64,000 bases of DNA. Origin: Botryllus schlosseri (taxonomy: Eukaryota). Shown piece after piece: positions 12,857 to 24,594 of this stretch. Position numbers and translations under genes: made by a program. Within the stretch, counting starts at the first letter, position 1, and each line of letters starts with the position of its first letter. The stretch lies in the NCBI GenBank assembly GCA_051294905.1, contig CM119372.1, positions 36,272,001-36,336,000 of the forward strand, read 5' to 3'. The notes beneath the pieces are model-generated. The model ran no database searches and was not told the DNA's origin. It was given only the letters and a program-made list of their open reading frames with translations.

Positions 12857-14262
12857 AGTAGTTGTATAGATCGCTCGTGATGTGACAAGGGCTCTTATGG
12901 GTGCGGCGGCGAATCGCCTGGAAACTCGTGGTGGCGAATCGCATTTTTAGACCCCCCTCTCGGCCGCGATTCGCCATGTGTTCTTATGGGTGCGGTCGTT
13001 ATTCGCACTTTCAGGTATAGGCCGTGGCGGTGATTCGCCGTGAAAACTCGTGGTCGTGACTCGCCTTTTTTGCTATAGGCGGAGGCGGTGATTCGCCATG
13101 TATTCTTACGGGATCTGTGGTGATTCGCCATGTGTTCTTATGGGTGCGGTCGTGATTCGCACTTTCAGGCATCTCTCGACCGGTGTTGAATATGTATCAA
13201 GTAAATAGTCATGTGAATGAATCTTTGTTAATGTGTATATCATGAAAACTCGTGGTCGTGACTCGCCTTTTTTACTATAGGTGGTGACGGTGATTCGCCT
13301 GCCGTGTATTCTTACGGGATCTGTGGTGACTCGCCATGTGTTCTTATGGTTGCGGTCGCAAGCGGCCATTGCGTCTTATGGCGGGGGTGGCGAGCGGTTA
13401 TTGCGTCTTATGGGTGCGGTCGCATGCGGCTATTGTGTCTTATGGGTGCGGCCGTGAATTGCCCTTTCGGTATAGGCATCTCTCGCACGTCGTACTTTCG
13501 CATGTCGTGCTTTCGCGTATAGGTTGTGTTGGTGACTCGCCATGTGTTCTTATGGGTGCGTCGGCATATCGTACTTTCGGGTATAGGAATCTCTCACACG
13601 GTGTTGAATATGTATCAAGTAAATAGTCACGAGTATCACTAAACAGGAAATTCACTAAACCGCAGTGCATTGTGCGATTTTGAAAAACAGATGTTTGCGC
13701 TTGCGTTTTGATATGTCTGACCTACTAAATACGTCCGTTTTGCGAACACGGCTTGTTGTGAGGATTACGCAGCGCGTGCGGCCTATATTTCGAATGACCT
13801 GTGTGCTGAATTGTTTCCCGTCCAACCGTGTGCTACTATCGATTATTACGCTAGTCCAGTCAGTGCGAAATAGTTTGCTAAATCTAGGAATCAGTCGCAT
13901 GGTGTTACTTTAGTAATTAGTTTACCATAGAACCGACGTAGACGGTGATTCGAATACCGACAAATTTTCACTTATTTCTGACCCAACCCTATTCCTCTGT
14001 GAAGTTGACGCTTATTCAAAAAGGTGTGAAATAATTGTAAAATCCTAATCCGAAACCGATTATTTCGACTTTGGCGCAGTGCGCATTGAAATAGGATTGA
14101 TGAACATGACTAGCAACTTCCGCACAGTCCCGTTTCGATATTATACAAACATTGATTTGAAACAAGTAATATAACATTACAACTCTATTCACGATCCTGC
14201 TTTCCATTTGTCAAAGAGCTATTTTAACATCTTACCATACTCAAAAGAATTATTCACAACAT
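12857..14262 (+). repeat. Left TIR (1406 bp)
   Basis: Reverse complement of 19719-21188; the ORF track shows mirror-image near-identical ORFs in both arms. Confidence 0.95.
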
Positions 14263-14329
14263 GATGATGAGACTTGAGAACATGAATTTGTTTCCATGAT
14301 GTTTGTACACCGACACATTGTATGTACAC

Positions 14330-14944
14330 TAGGGCTGTTCAAAAATAACTTTTTTTTCCGGATTCCAGCCATTCAGTGATTAAATTGTCAGGTTACCTTA
14401 AAAAACGCTGCACACCAAATTTGGTTCAATTCTAACAAGTATAGGGCTCCGCGGATGCAATTAAAATTTTAAATTTATATAGGAAAATTGAAAAAAAAAA
14501 TTTTCAAATTTTTCGGTCAACCCCATGAAATTGTTGAGCTGTCTTCAGAGACGATGCAAAAAAAATTTGACTCAATTCGGACTAGTAGAAGTGGAGTTAT
14601 TGGAGTTTTTCGTTGATAATTCTCCAATTATCCTTGATTGGTGGATAATCCGAGAATTATCAACGAAAAACTCAAATAACTCCGTTTCTACAGGTTGGAA
14701 TTGACTCAAATTTCATTTGCATGGTCTTTGAAGACATCTCAACATTTTCATGGGGTTGAGAGAAAAATTTGAATTTTTTTTTTAAATTTTACGTAGTAAA
14801 TTAAAAATTTTAATTGGCTCTGCGGACGCTTAGACATGTTCGAATTGAACCAAATTTGGTGTGCAGCCTTTGTTGTGGCAACCTGACAATTTAATCAGTG
14901 AATGGCTGGAATCAGGAAAAAAAAGTTATTTTTGAACAGCCCTA
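14330..14944. mobile_element. Palindromic hAT-type MITE (615 bp) inside the Polinton
   Basis: TAGGGCTGTTCAAAAATAAC...GTTATTTTTGAACAGCCCTA; perfect 8-bp TSD ATGTACAC (14322-14329, 14945-14952); the whole element is an imperfect hairpin. Confidence 0.9.
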
Positions 14945-15585
14945 ATGTACACCTCGTTTACGCGAATACTTGGTATGTATGAACAATCGTGACGTACTTG
15001 ATGTGATGGTGTATGCATTGGTATTTTTCATGGAGACAAAACACGGTCTGTAACATGTTTACTTGAATATTGGTCGTTGGTTCATGAGTGAATATCCGGA
15101 TCCGGTCCACATACTTTCTCATATTAGTGACCCGGTTTCAGCTGACTGGAGCGACATGTATTGACCAGTAAAGACACAATATAGTAAACAGACCTGAGGA
15201 AACCTGCAAGTAACCCAGAGTTGTTAGCGCGATGGGGAACATAAATTCATCCGTTTTCCGAACATCATTATCCGTGTACCAACCAGTTACCAAAGTCGAG
15301 GAAGTGTTTTATTCAGACATTTTGACTCTGGAAAATCCAAAGCGCGAACCCCGGACATCGCGGACATATCGGAAACCCCTTTATTCGCCAATTCCGAAAA
15401 CATACATGTCGATGTACAACAGCACATTGTTATTGCATGCGAGTAACCAATGAATTTGATGGGATGCATCAGAGCAAGTGAATATTTGATTAGACAAATG
15501 TATCGGAGTCATTGTTGGTGTATATTTTGTCACTGTCCGTTGTAACAATATACAAAAATATCAAATTTTACGGTGTGGTGGTCAG

Positions 15586-16195
15586 TTTTCAAAACGAAAA
15601 TGGTATTGTTACCCAGGGAAAAGATAGATTTCCAAGTGAAAACGGTATTGGTACTCAGGTGAATGATAGTTTTCCAAACGAAAAATGTTTGTTACTCAGG
15701 TAGAAAATATATTTCCAAAAGAAAATGGATAGTTACTTTAGGTAAAAGTATTTTTCCAAGTGAAAATGGTTTGTTGTTGTAGGAAAAAAAAAATTGCAAA
15801 CGAAAAGGGTTTTGTTACTCTAGGAAAGGATAGAACCCAAAGTGAAAATGTATTGCTACTCTGGGTAAACGATAGATCTCCAAAGGAAAGTAATGGTTTT
15901 ACTCAGGTAAACGACGACCCGCCGAGTGAAAATGGTTTGTTGCTTAGGGAAAAAATATATTTCCAAGTGAAAATGGTTTGTTACCCGGGGGAAAAATATA
16001 TTTGCAAGTGAAAAAGGTTTGTTACCCAGGGAAAAATCGATTTCCAAAGGTAAGGGGGCTTGTTACTCTTGGAAACGATGGACCCCCAAGTGAAAATGTT
16101 TTGTTACTCTGATTAAACGATAAATCTCCTAAGAATAATGGTATTTTTACTCAGGTAACGGCCGACCTCCAGGTGAAAATGGAAATTTTACTAGG
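15586..16195. repeat. Degenerate minisatellite, ~41-42 bp unit, ~14-15 copies
   Basis: Recurring TTCCAAGTGAAAATGGTTTGTTACTCAGG(G/T)AAA motif; GAAAA anchors at 15596, 15638, 15680, 15721 and onward. Confidence 0.85.
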
Positions 16196-19100
16196 GTAGG
16201 TATCGTATGTTTAGTGTCGTTGGTGCTGTTAAACGTTGTCGCCGGTAGCCGTTGGGATACTATTACGAGTGTGAAAAGGATTTACACGTCCTGTGCAGAG
16301 TATCGCGATAGTGAACATATTTTTCACGTGATGAAACAAGATCGCTGTTTAAATTTTATTGCATATCGATTACCGAGTTGCTGTACAATAGAGATGACTC
16401 TACATTAGACCGTGCTGTGTACTTCGATTAAAACCACAAGACCACATGTAAATGTATTCACACAACTCGATGATGTTGATATAGTGTTACTAAAATGAAT
16501 TATTACCTATTTACGCAACATAAAAATAACAATTCATGTCGTAGTAAGTAGGTTTCGTGAACTCGTGCTTGATGAAAACGAATGGTGACAAGTATGTGTT
16601 TGTGTTTGAGTGAAAAATAATTATTTAGAGTAGTGACATTTTGTGACCAACGAATGCAAATCGATCATGATATTACAATAGACGCTTTCGTCAACATAAC
16701 GACTTGGCGCAGGAGAAACACTTTCACGTTTTTTCAATAACTGGATTCTCGAGACTTGTTACTTGTACCATGTACCGTTGGTGACTATAACGGCCATTTT
16801 GTATGATAGTACGTTTAGCTGTTTTGTTGCTAGGGCAATCACTTGATGACTCAGCACTTTTTGTTAGCAAAGTAGATTGATTTGTGTGTAAGATGTAAGC
16901 ACCGTAACTAGAAAACATATGTACTCTGTTGTTGGAGTAGCTGATTTATTGCTATGACATGGACATATCCTGAAGCCTTGGTTGGTTTGTTGTCTTACGA
17001 AAGAAGAGGCGACCTCGGTGTCGTAAATTGTGTTAACTAAACCCGGATGGATACCACAATTGTGTTGGACTTACACATGATATTCGCATACTGTACACAT
17101 ACAAACTTTTGTGTAAACAACGCTGATGTTTCTGTTAATACTAGTTCTGTGTTGAACTATTTGATTATTAAGATAAATGAACAACCATTCAGACAATAAA
17201 GGTCTTGAGGTATCGAAACAGTTTGAAAGCGTCACCAATCATTGTACAGGTTCGTAGCATGGGAATATCGAGTATTTTCGTGTAACATGAATATATTTCA
17301 TATGCCTTCGGTAAGAAATGAGTTGCGTGGGGTAATCATACACAACCTACAAAAGTTAAACTTGTAGCGTTTGATTGCCTACTTTTTATCAATGTCTTTG
17401 TGATGTTAAAAGACGGCTGAGTTTACATTTACATTAAGCGGAGCAACTCGAGAAATATGAGTATCAATATGAGTGGTATATTATTTTTCGCGATATGCAA
17501 CCAATCTTCTAAGCATAACTTGTCAAAAATTTATCGTGTCGTAGAAACACCTGTTGTTACGAATTCGAAAGAAATGTACTTCGATTATCACGACGATGGA
17601 AATTAAGATCAATGCGGTATTTCGGAGATGGATGTGTATCGTTTGGTATGCTCCCCTATCCCTAAATGTCGGTTAGTTAAACGATACATTTACAAGCTTA
17701 GCGAAATCTTGATTTACAAATAACAGCTTGATGATGTAAAGCTCAACCACGCAAATGTGTTCATTGCAAAGTATTTGACACAAACAAAATGTCGAATGGA
17801 GACCATCACATTGGTTTCATTTCGAGTGAGTGAAAATTGTTTTCTGTTGGCCAGGTTGGACACATTTGACAAACATCGTACACATTGTATCTTCGTGCTG
17901 GTAACGACTTTCAGCGGCTTGGTTTCATGTCGGGAATTATTATTTGAGGGTTCAAGAATGATTTCAATCAATACTAGAAATGAACAACAATGCAAAACAC
18001 GTTTAGCAAATAACAGTGTAGCAAGTACTTTTTTGATATTAAGAGTGTTGGGCACTAGACACTTCTAGTTGAATTGGATGCATCTAACAAACATATCACA
18101 ATTTACTTTTGCAATAATCAAAGTCTTAGAGTGTATAACCTCGCGATATTTTACATTTAGCACGCACAATGGGGAGTTACTGAAATGATTAGGAATTGAT
18201 CGCTAGCTTCGAACGGTACTCGATAGTCAAAGTGATATTTTCACACTCTGTAAAGTGCATATGTTTCAATTCTCTGTCACAAATTCCGACAATAAATCGT
18301 TGGATTCAATAGTAACGATATTGTGATATACTGATTCTACACTTAGTCGTTTCAATTACCCGTTGGGAATCGGGATAATAAAGCATTTTGTATCGGATGT
18401 TCAATGTATGAATACTGGAATTATTACATCTTTAGTGCTGTTTATCGCAAACGATAGATTTTAATAATTGTACTGATTGTTGAATGTAATAATACCGATA
18501 TTGTCGTTTCACCTTTAGTCTTGGTTACTGGAAATATTTTTTGATATCCGCGATACGCAGAGTGATTTTTACCAAGGTGGAGTAATTTTCATATCAAGAA
18601 CATTTCAGACACACATAGTTTTACAGCTTAATATGTTAATAACATTGGTACTGAAAAGTTTGTTGCTGTCATAACATTTACCACAACGCCGGGTCTAATT
18701 AACGCAAATAATTTAATAATAAAGTAATGATCAACTATTACAAAATCTCATATGTCAAATCAACGTGTCAATCCTTATGTTCACAGCATGATAACTTTGA
18801 ATATAACACCATCGTTCGATTGTAAGAAATGAATTCTCAACTACGTTGGTCGGACTTCCAAATCTCGTATACTCAAACATATTATGTTAATCTCAAGTCG
18901 CCGACACTGAGATGTAATTACTTTTGTCTTACAAAATATACCGAGTAGTAATTCGTTTGTCTTGCAGAATATACCGCGTAGTAATTCCTCTATCTTACAG
19001 AATAGTAACGACTTTTCAAGTTGAATAAAAAAATATGTGTAGGGATATGAATACAACCTAGCTTGTTATGGATTTTAGGTTTTAGTGATTGTATGGATTC

Positions 19101-19718
19101 GTGTATGTTTGGCTGTTTTTCATACTGATACTGTTTGAGTTGGTCGGGTAAGTTACAAACGGATTTACTTGACAATGTTTTCGTGGTTGACTCTTTGAAT
19201 ATGGTAAGATGGTGAGATGTCGAGACGTAATATTATTTCCGTACACTTAATTACAACCAAACATAACCCGCATTCAAATAAGCCGTAAGCTACAAGTGGA
19301 TTTGAAACTTGATGCTGTTTTGTGGTTAACTCAAGTCAGTAGTCATGTTTGTGTTGATTTCGGGAATGATCATGACGAGTTTGTCGGGTAAATTAGGTAA
19401 TGTGGTAGTAACTATGACCTTACCGAGTTGCTGACATTCAAATATCTTTCACGCTGTAATATACGGATTTAATTGTGATAAATTATTTCTCAGTTATTGT
19501 TCAGACATTCAAATCTCGTATACTCAAAATATAATATGTTCAAGTCAAATCGTATATGCACCGATTAGTAAATACTTTGTCTTCAGAATAGTAACGACCT
19601 TTACAATCGAATAAAAAAAGACCGATCATACGAGTATACAACCAGGATGAATTAATTCAAATTTATGAGTTGTAGTGATGTAATCAAGTAAGTGAAACTA
19701 GATTTTTAACAATTGTTA

Positions 19719-21188
19719 ATGTTGTGAATAATTCTTTTGAGTATGGTAAGATGTTGAAATAGCTCTTTGACAAATGGAAAGCAGGATCGTGAATAGAGTT
19801 GTAATGTTATATTACTTGTTTCAAATCAATGTATGTATAATATCGAAACGGGACTGTGGGGAAGTTGCTAGTCATGTTTATCTATCCTATTTCAATGCGC
19901 ACTACGCCAAAGTCGAAATAATCGGTTTCGGATTAGGATTTTACAATTATTTCACACCTTTTTGAATAAGCGTCAACTTCACAGAGGAATAGGGTTGGGT
20001 CAGAAATAAGTGAAAATTTGTCGGTATTCGAATCACCGTCTACGTCGGTTCTATGGTAAACTAATTACTAAAGTAACACCATGCGACTGATTCCTAGATT
20101 TAGCAAACTATTTCGCACTGACTGGACTAGCGTAATAATCGATAATAGCACACGGTTGGACGGGAAACAATTCAGCGCACAGGTCATTCGAAATATAGGC
20201 CGCACGCGCTGCGTAATCCTCACAACAAGCCGTGTTCGCAAAACGGACGTATTTAGTAGGCCAGACATATCAAAACGCAATCGCAAACATCTGTTTTTCA
20301 AAATCGCACAATGCACTGCGGTTTAGTGAATTTCCTGTTTAGTGATACTCGTGACTATTTACTTGATACATACTCAACACCGTGTGAAAGATTCCTATAC
20401 CCGAAAGTACGATATGCCGACGCATCCATAAGAACACATGGCGAGTCACCAACACAACCTATACGCGAAAGCACGACATGCGAAAGTACGACGTGCGAGA
20501 GATGCCTATACCGAAAGGGCGATTCACGGCCGCACCCATAAGACACAATAGCCGCATGCGACCGCACCCATAAGACGCAATAACCGCTCGCCACCCCCGC
20601 CATAAGACGCAATGGCCGCATGCGACCGCACCCATAAGAATACATGGCGAGTCACCACAGATCCCGTAAGAATACACGGCAGGCGAATCACCGTCACCAC
20701 CTATAGTAAAAAAGGCGAGTCACGACCACGAGTTTTCATGATATACACATTAACAACGATTCATTCACATGACTATTTACTTGATACATATTCAACACCG
20801 GTCGAGAGATGCCTGAAAGTGCGAATCACGACCGCACCCATAAGAACACATGGCGAATCACCACAGATCCCGTAAGAATACATGGCGAATCACGACCGCA
20901 CCCATAAGAACACATGGCGAATCACCACAGATCCCGTAAGAATACATGGCGAATCACCGCCACCGCCTATAGCAAAAAAGGCGAGTCACGACCACGAGTT
21001 TTCACGGCGAATCACCGCCACGGCCTATACCTGAAAGTGCGAATCACGACCGCACCCATAAGAACACATGGCGAATCGCGGCCGAGAGGGGGGTCTAAAA
21101 AGGCGATTCGCCACCACGAGTTTCCAGGCGATTCGCCGCCGCACCCATAAGAGCCCCTGCCACATCACGAGCGATTTATACTACTACT
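19719..21188 (-). repeat. Right TIR (1470 bp; one extra 64-bp internal repeat block)
   Basis: Inverted copy of 12857-14262 with an additional CCCATAAGAACACATGGCGAATCACCACAGATCCCGTAAGAATACATGGCGAATCAC-type block. Confidence 0.95.
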
Positions 21189-21718
21189 AACATTGCCTTC
21201 GAGCATGCTTGACATTTGCTGTCTTTTAGGGAATATTTAAAGAACGTATTTCCAGCAAAAAATCTCAACATTGGTAATATAGGAATTTTTCAATCTAATC
21301 AGAATTACTTCGCGGGCCGGATGAAATCGTCTGGCGGGCCGTATGTTTGACATCCCTGCGGTTTAGAACGTTTGGACGATTTCACTAATAATTCACTATA
21401 TAACACACAACGAAGTAATTATTTCAACAGGCTCGCCCGAATATGCTTAATTATCATTAATTACATGCCCTATATTTCCCAATACGACACCTCACTCAGC
21501 TCTACCGGAAAATCAGATAATTCCGAGAGTCACGAATAATAGTAAATTTTCGCGAGCGGTGCGATTAGGTGACACGGGTCTGCCGGCACTGGGTAGAATG
21601 AATGCGCTCACACGTACTGGTGGAAACATCCATCCAACTGTGGGATCTTGGGTGGGATTCCCCAGAAATGTGTTTTATCACCCTATATGAGTGGCCCAAG
21701 AACAATGGGAGTGTGGGG

Positions 21719-21901
21719 CAATTTTTGGCGAGACTGTGCACACTTACCAACTCACTGCGCAGACATTTGGACAACAGCGCGTAACGACTTAAAAAAAAGG
21801 TCATCACTTCGGAATTTCTGTGCGCAAGTTGGATTTTCTGTGCGCTCAGACCGTGTCAGCACTGCGTATTTGCGCACGTGGGCAGCTTAGATGGAACATT
21901 G
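21719..21901 (-). mobile_element. Inverted copy of the 12663 MITE family
   Basis: Ends GCGCACGTGGGCAGCTTAGATGGAACATTG, the reverse complement of CAATGTTCCCTCTAAGCTGCGCACGTGCGC with few mismatches. Confidence 0.75.
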
Positions 21902-21916
21902 GTGTGGGGGCTGACG

Positions 21917-24400
21917 AGGGAGAGAGAGAGTCTTTATTTTCATCGAACCAAAATACATAACAAACGGCAGTGATGGTGGTACAGAAGATATGCGTGCACA
22001 GTATTCGGTATTAGATAGGAATGATCGATAAGACCGTGAAGGTCATCTAGTCTGATCACACCAGCATCAAACAGGTACACTTGACTCTGAACAGTCTGGC
22101 TGTAAAAAATGTTTACTTAAGAAAGAAAAATAGAAAAAAAATTAGCAAATGATCAATGAAGCAATGTCTGAGCGAGGTATGGCAACAGTGTTAGTGTAAC
22201 GACAAGAGGTGATCAAGTAGGGCTTTTTTGAATCTATTATAAGGCAATTCACGGATATGTGGTGGTAATGCATTCCAGATGATAGGTCCTGAGTAGTCGA
22301 TAGATCTCTTAGTTAGGTTACTATTTGGTGGGGGTAAGTAGATGTTTCCTTTAGACGAGGATCTCGTGTAATGGGAATGGCCATTTTTAGCAGGTATGAA
22401 AAAGTCATCAAACACAGGAGGCAGACTATTGGAAAAATATTTGTGAACAACTTTTGATACTTCGAAGCGATATAGTTCATCAACTCGCAAAATTCGATGC
22501 TTACGGTAGTAAGGCGATAAATTGGTACGTAAAGGTACAGATGAGATCAGCCGTATCGCACGGTTTTGCAGGGTTCGAATTCTGCACAAAAATGTTGTGC
22601 ATGCATTTCCCCATACTACGATTCCATATTGCAGATGAGAGTGGAAAAGAGAGAAGTAGATGGTTCGTAGTACTGATCTGGAAACCAAAGATTGGAGACG
22701 GGTCATTATTCCCGCACACCGAGCTAGTTTTGATATTGTGCATTCAATATGCTGCTTCCAAGACAATTTGGAATCAATGGTGACGCCGAGATATTTTGCT
22801 GAGTCACATATTGAGATTTGTTTATGATTGATGTTCACAGTGAAATTATGACTGGCATTATTTAAAACGAGCATCTCGGTCTTATCTGCATTCAAACTTA
22901 GTTTGTTTGCTTGGAGCCATCTCGACACTTTTGGGAGTTCCCTATTCACAGATGCATGCAAACCATCGACAGTGTTGGAGGTTATGAAGAGGTGAGTATC
23001 ATCAGCAAATAGCGTTGTGCGGAATAAAGATGCATTAACAATGTCGTTAATATAAATGAGGAAAAAAGTCGGTCCAAGGACTGAGCCTTGTGGCACTCCA
23101 CAAGTTATATCTCTGGTAGTCGTTCTTAATGTCCCCAGTTTAACAAATTGTTTGCGGTTTGCCAGGTAGCTTTCAAGTAGAGTTGCTGCAATACCCCTGA
23201 TTTCAGAGTGTTCTAGCTTGTATCTTAAGATTCTGTGGTTAACTGTGTCGAAAGCTTTGCGGAGATCGATAAAAATGCTGCAGCCACTTTCTTTTTGCTT
23301 GATGGTTTTGTAATAGTCCGTTACAATTGATAGTATTGCATGGTTGGTGTTGTGGTTGGATCTGAATCCATGCTGAGTCGGAGACAGTACTGCATTCAAT
23401 TCAAAAAAGTTCTTGAGTCGGCAGTCAATCAGTTTCTCAAAAACCGTGGCAAGATTTGGCAAAACAGATATTGGTCGGTAGTTAAAAATTAGCTTTTTAC
23501 AGCCTTTCTTAAACACTGGCATTACTCTGGCAGTTTTCAGTGCATCTGGGAAAATGCCTAGACGTATCGACTCATTAAAGAAAATGCATATAACATCACC
23601 AATAATATTAAAGACTAGCTTCAGAAAGTGAGTTGGGATGAGATCGGGTCCTACTGCTTTGTTACTTTTCATTTCAGATAATACGATCGCAACTTCTCCT
23701 TTACTTGTCGGCTCAAGAAAAATGGATTTCTGAGGGCCAGGACTCAAGTACGAGAGAAAGTCATCCGAGGAGTTTGGTATTGAAGCTGCAAGATCCGGAC
23801 TAATGTTGCAAAAATACTGATTGAACTTTTTTGCTACTGCAAGCTGGTCTTTGATGATGCTGCCATTCTCGAGTAGCACGATGTCATCAGCACTCTTGGG
23901 AGCATTACCTTTAGTTAGGTTGATAATTTCTCCAATGGTTTTCCATGTGTTCTTGGGATCTTTGGAGCACTCTTCAAATCTTTTTTGGAAGTATGCTTTT
24001 TTGGCATTTTCTTTCATATGCGTCACTTGGTTTGCATATTTTTTGTACACTTTTTTGCCTTCGATGGTGCCTTACAGATAGTAGTGCTTATGCATCCAAT
24101 CCCTTGTTTTGATCGCAACTAGTATGTCATGACCAATCCAGGGTTTCGATTTCAAGCTCCTTGCATTGCGGTTGACTTTCCTAATTGGGAAAGATGTGTC
24201 GAGGGCTGCCCGCAGTTCCTCAATAAATTTTTCAAAATGGCGGTTGTAGTTGTCAATTGTGAGTGGAGGAATTTTGTAGTTGTTGAAGGTATTGCTGACA
24301 ATTTCAATATACTCCTCAATACCGCGAGGGTTTAAGGGCGAAGTGTTTTATTTTTTACCTTGATTCTGTGGCCAGGTATCGCTGTTGTCAGATGTTTTCA
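21917..24400 (-). mobile_element. 5'-truncated CR1/L2-like LINE
   Basis: Contains the RT ORF; upstream KPWI motif (~24140) lies beyond a stop; on the minus strand the 3' end has AATAAA followed by a (CT)n tail at ~21917-21940. Confidence 0.8.
22191..24050 (-). CDS. Non-LTR retrotransposon ORF2 reverse transcriptase (partial, no endonuclease domain)
   Basis: Motifs KAVGPD, NYRPISVL, QHGFR, FIDLRKAFDTV, GVPQGSVLGP, LFADD, KYLGV. Confidence 0.9.
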   Translation of the reverse strand: MYKKYANQVTHMKENAKKAYFQKRFEECSKDPKNTWKTIGEIINLTKGNAPKSADDIVLLENGSIIKDQLAVAKKFNQYFCNISPDLAASIPNSSDDFLSYLSPGPQKSIFLEPTSKGEVAIVLSEMKSNKAVGPDLIPTHFLKLVFNIIGDVICIFFNESIRLGIFPDALKTARVMPVFKKGCKKLIFNYRPISVLPNLATVFEKLIDCRLKNFFELNAVLSPTQHGFRSNHNTNHAILSIVTDYYKTIKQKESGCSIFIDLRKAFDTVNHRILRYKLEHSEIRGIAATLLESYLANRKQFVKLGTLRTTTRDITCGVPQGSVLGPTFFLIYINDIVNASLFRTTLFADDTHLFITSNTVDGLHASVNRELPKVSRWLQANKLSLNADKTEMLVLNNASHNFTVNINHKQISICDSAKYLGVTIDSKLSWKQHIECTISKLARCAGIMTRLQSLVSRSVLRTIYFSLFHSHLQYGIVVWGNACTTFLCRIRTLQNRAIRLISSVPLRTNLSPYYRKHRILRVDELYRFEVSKVVHKYFSNSLPPVFDDFFIPAKNGHSHYTRSSSKGNIYLPPPNSNLTKRSIDYSGPIIWNALPPHIRELPYNRFKKALLDHLLSLH

Positions 24401-24594
24401 TGCGGTGCATTGTATTCATAGTAGCCAGAAAAGCCTACGTTTGGTGCTAGCAATTAGCAAGGTAGCACGACAAGTTGCTTCGTTCGACTACGAAGCAGTC
24501 ACTTCTTCTCTCGCTATTGTCGAAGAGAAGAATTTTATTCGAGTTGGTGTGTGGTCGGTTAAATTCACGGCCTTTGGCCCGGAAGACTGTAAAC

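Larger units (their letters stand above)
12857..21188. mobile_element. Polinton/Maverick-type element, non-autonomous or degenerate (8332 bp)
   Basis: Termini AGTAGTTGTATAGATCGCTCGTG / CACGAGCGATTTATACTACTACT; perfect 6-bp TSD AACATT (12851-12856, 21189-21194); long TIRs with internal tandem repeats. No pPolB, integrase or capsid ORF is visible. Confidence 0.8.
12663..21195. mobile_element. hAT-type MITE (~195 bp, CAATGTTCCCTC TIR) interrupted near its right end by the Polinton
   Basis: Left TIR CAATGTTCCCTC at 12663; right TIR GAGGGAACATT|G completed at 21195; flanks CCTACGAG (12655-12662) and CCTTCGAG (21196-21203) form a 7/8 TSD. Confidence 0.8.

Noticed and set aside
12895..14207. Numerous 63-96 aa ORFs mirrored at 19774-21150
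   Set aside because: They arise from GC-rich modular TIR sequence and appear twice only because the TIR is duplicated; no protein motif is recognisable.
15586..16195. CRISPR-like appearance of a regularly spaced repeat
   Set aside because: Units are contiguous degenerate tandem copies with no unique spacers, no cas genes are present and the context is eukaryotic.
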